NCBI GenBank assembly: GCA_030689595.1
Contig: JAUYHP010000018.1
Location: 1 to 62,857 of the forward strand
Direction: 5' to 3'
Origin: a bacterium
Lineage (GTDB): Bacteria > Patescibacteriota > Minisyncoccia > UBA6257 > WO2-44-18
DNA length: 62,857 nucleotides
In this document: piece by piece, positions 60,881 through 62,857 of the stretch
Layout: every line of letters begins with the position of its first letter
How positions within the stretch are numbered: position 1 is the stretch's first letter
Notes under the pieces: model-generated
The model's input: only the letters and a program-made list of their open reading frames with translations
Told to the model about the DNA's origin: nothing
The model's database searches: none
Position numbers and translations under genes: made by a program

Positions 60881-61079
60881 AATTTATTAATATTTAGTTA
60901 TTTATAAATAGTGGCCGCTCAAGAGCGACCAATCAATATATACATTATAATAGCATAATTCGGCAAATGTCAAGCCCGAACTGATTTTTGAATTGACTAC
61001 GCACTTTTGTAAGGGCCTGTGCATCTCGCTACGCGAGACGACAATGATTAAAGCCCCAACTCTCTCAATAGGTGCGGGG

Positions 61080-61107
61080 TTGACAAATTTTGTGGGTATG
61101 CTATAAT
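61080..61107 (+). promoter_or_regulatory. consensus sigma70-like promoter
   Basis: TTGACA (61080-61085), a 16-nt spacer, then TATAAT (61102-61107). Confidence 0.6.
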
Positions 61108-61157
61108 GTAACCCTAGTACATTGAAGTTCCACCAAAACAAATTTTAGGAGAAGGTC

Positions 61158-61511
61158 ATGAGCACACTCGAAATCATCGCGATCGTCCTGGCCGTGATCG
61201 CCGCGGTCATCTTCGCCGCCAGCAAGCTCATCGCTGGCACGAAGGGCCGCAAGCTCGAGCGGCCCAAGAGCAGCACGGACGTGGTGGAGGGCTCCGAACC
61301 CTCCATTGCGGAGCGGGTGAGACGCCGGTTCCAGCCGACTCCTGCCCGGCAGGAGCTGGTGGCCGCCTTTGGTACGAAGGGTGGGCACGTCCACCGTGGA
61401 CGCGTGGTCCACGGTGGCAGCCACCGCGTCACCATCCAGCTGGATGGTCGTCGCGGCAACAGACAAGTGAAGGTTGGACGCGGGCGGCTGTTGTCGCTCG
61501 TGTCGAGCTGA
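61158..61511 (+). CDS. GC3-rich hypothetical N-anchored basic protein (probable horizontal acquisition)
   Basis: 117 aa with an AGGAGAAGG SD and one N-terminal TM helix. Almost every codon ends in G or C, unlike neighbouring genes. Two hairpins follow (61516-61543 and 61549-61587). Confidence 0.55.
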   Translation: MSTLEIIAIVLAVIAAVIFAASKLIAGTKGRKLERPKSSTDVVEGSEPSIAERVRRRFQPTPARQELVAAFGTKGGHVHRGRVVHGGSHRVTIQLDGRRGNRQVKVGRGRLLSLVSS

Positions 61512-61548
61512 ACCCGCTACGGCGGCCAGCTGGCCGCCGTAGCACCAA

Positions 61549-61587
61549 GCCCCATGAGAATTAAAATTCTCATGGGGCTTTCTTTTT
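61549..61587 (+). terminator. intrinsic terminator
   Basis: gccccatgagaatt/aattctcatggggc stem followed by TTTCTTTTT. Confidence 0.7.
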
Positions 61588-61626
61588 CCAAAAAATTTGG
61601 TAGACTATGCTAAGATTGATTTAGAT

Positions 61627-61698
61627 GGTGCCCATAGTTTAGCGGCAAAACTCCGCTCTGTGGCAGCGGCGTCACGGGTTCGACTCCCGTTGGGCACC
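61627..61698 (+). tRNA. tRNA-His (anticodon GTG) with encoded G-1
   Basis: The extra 5' G pairs with C73. Acceptor gtgccca/tgggcac, anticodon arm ccgct-ctGTGgc-agcgg, and T arm acggg-ttcgact-cccgt. Confidence 0.85.
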
Positions 61699-61872
61699 CA
61701 TTAAAATACGCCTTATAGCACAAAGCTATTTTGGCAAGCCTTTGGCGGTGTTCGAGCTTTTGGGTTTGTGTTGGGTGTTGGTGGGGCTTTTTGTTTTCTG
61801 TGGATAATTTAAGAGTTGACTGCTGTCGGTATATATAATACACTTATGAAGTAATTGCTTGATCGTTTCAAC

Positions 61873-62193
61873 ATGCTTACTAAACAAAAACTAAACTCAA
61901 TTAAATTGAGCCTATCTGATGACGACCGATTGCATCTCATATTCCAGGCCCTAGGAGACCCGGGGAGATTTAAGATATTTAAATTACTTATGGTTAACAA
62001 CGATCTCTGCGTATCAGAAATGGCCAAAGTCTTTAGCATAACCGCATCGGCCGCCTCACAACAGCTCCGCATCTTAGAAAGATTGAACTTGATACGTAAG
62101 CTCCGCGACGGTCAAAAAGTCTGTTATGAAATTAATAAAAAAAACAATTTGATAAAAGGATTAAACAAAATATTAAATAAGTCGACTGAATAA
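61873..62193 (+). CDS. ArsR/SmtB-family transcriptional regulator
   Basis: A winged HTH (CVSEMAKVFSITASAASQQLRILERLNLI). The ATG at 61873 is preferred to TTG 61855. Confidence 0.8.
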   Translation: MLTKQKLNSIKLSLSDDDRLHLIFQALGDPGRFKIFKLLMVNNDLCVSEMAKVFSITASAASQQLRILERLNLIRKLRDGQKVCYEINKKNNLIKGLNKILNKSTE

Positions 62194-62213
62194 TAGCTAA
62201 CAATAAAAATATT

Positions 62214-62456
62214 ATGTCCAAAGTAACAATTTATAGCACGCCCTCTTGCGTCTACTGTAAAATGGCCAAGGCCTTCTTCAAAGAAAATAATGTCGAGTAT
62301 GAAGAAAAAGATGTATCTACCGATGCGGCCGCTCGCGAAGAGATGGTCTCAAAATCAAAACAAATGGGAGTGCCGGTGATAGACATCGATGGCCAGATCT
62401 TAGTCGGATTTGATAAAGCTGGCCTGTCTAAATTATTAAATATCAATCTGGAATAG
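62214..62456 (+). CDS. glutaredoxin-like protein (NrdH/Grx family)
   Basis: 80 aa with a CVYC redox motif and a thioredoxin-fold pattern (GVPVIDIDGQ). Confidence 0.8.
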   Translation: MSKVTIYSTPSCVYCKMAKAFFKENNVEYEEKDVSTDAAAREEMVSKSKQMGVPVIDIDGQILVGFDKAGLSKLLNINLE

Positions 62457-62533
62457 ATTTAGCTACTGAATTAGATATTTACCATGCTGCGAAAAAGATA
62501 AATCCCAATCTAGTAGAGCCAGGCGGTGGTACA

Positions 62534-62770
62534 ATGGTTGGAGAAGCTAGAAAATTCTTAACTCCCGTTATTGGCAGAGCCAGAATAGAAGCCGCCGCAG
62601 GCAATATACCCACTCTTGGTTCATTGAAAAAATCATTGGGCGATAAATATAAGCAGATATTGCCATTCTTACAATTTATGAAAGACCAAACAATTGATAA
62701 AGGAACAAAAATAGCCGTGTTTGAAACACTTAGAGGATTAACTGATGATAATTCGGAGCCTATTCAATAA
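62534..62770 (+). CDS. hypothetical protein
   Basis: 78-aa ORF only. Confidence 0.3.
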   Translation: MVGEARKFLTPVIGRARIEAAAGNIPTLGSLKKSLGDKYKQILPFLQFMKDQTIDKGTKIAVFETLRGLTDDNSEPIQ

Positions 62771-62857
62771 GGACGCCGATAATGCCTATTACTGCCATGA
62801 TGAGGAATAACCCCATCATTATCAAGAAGATAGGCCAAGCCGCAACAATTGCCCATC
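62760..62857 (-). CDS. 3' end of a hydrophobic membrane-protein gene running off the window
   Basis: The minus-frame translation ...WAIVAAWPIFLIMMGLFLIMAVIGIIGVLIE-stop looks like TM helices. The gene is truncated by the window edge. Confidence 0.25.
   Translation of the reverse strand, partial: WAIVAAWPIFLIMMGLFLIMAVIGIIGVLIE

Noticed and set aside
61101-61466. Antisense ORFs 61101-61466(-) and 61145-61459(-) opposite the GC3-rich gene.
   Set aside because: These are typical stop-poor shadow frames of a high-GC gene. Only the plus frame has a promoter, an SD, a TM helix and a G/C-ending codon pattern.

Overview
This is a 62.9-kb, moderately AT-rich chromosomal segment, tightly packed on both strands with mostly small housekeeping genes. 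These include topA, rel, parB, infB, rbfA, rplS, purB-purA-guaB, glmS, leuS, metG, tyrS, ftsK, recA, clpP, tig, hppA and nusA. There are also six tRNAs: three Leu isoacceptors, Val, His, and one tRNA-Leu 5' half relic. TGA is used as a stop, so the standard code 11 applies. The gene content includes a minimal 479-aa IF-2, DUF4012, a pilin-like protein, a membrane pyrophosphatase, a CarS-like lipid gene, many tiny N-anchored unknown proteins and a chromosomal DGR. By inference, this is what I would expect of a Patescibacteria/CPR-type reduced genome. Five things stand out. (1) A complete diversity-generating retroelement lies at 52.9-55.3 kb. It has an RT, an inverted Avd, and a TR/VR pair with 22 differences that all fall on template adenines, plus a C10/G10 tract in the RT/avd divergent junction. 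(2) A roughly 715-nt GC-rich, highly structured, ORF-less transcription unit with its own consensus promoter and terminator lies at 36.25-37.0 kb, and I cannot assign it to any RNA family. (3) A second, smaller GC-rich unit lies at 38.4-38.7 kb. (4) A GIY-YIG gene sits between a duplicated tRNA-Leu 5' half and the intact tRNA. (5) A GC3-rich, foreign-looking gene sits next to tRNA-His. I saw no CRISPR array, prophage, integrase or transposase.
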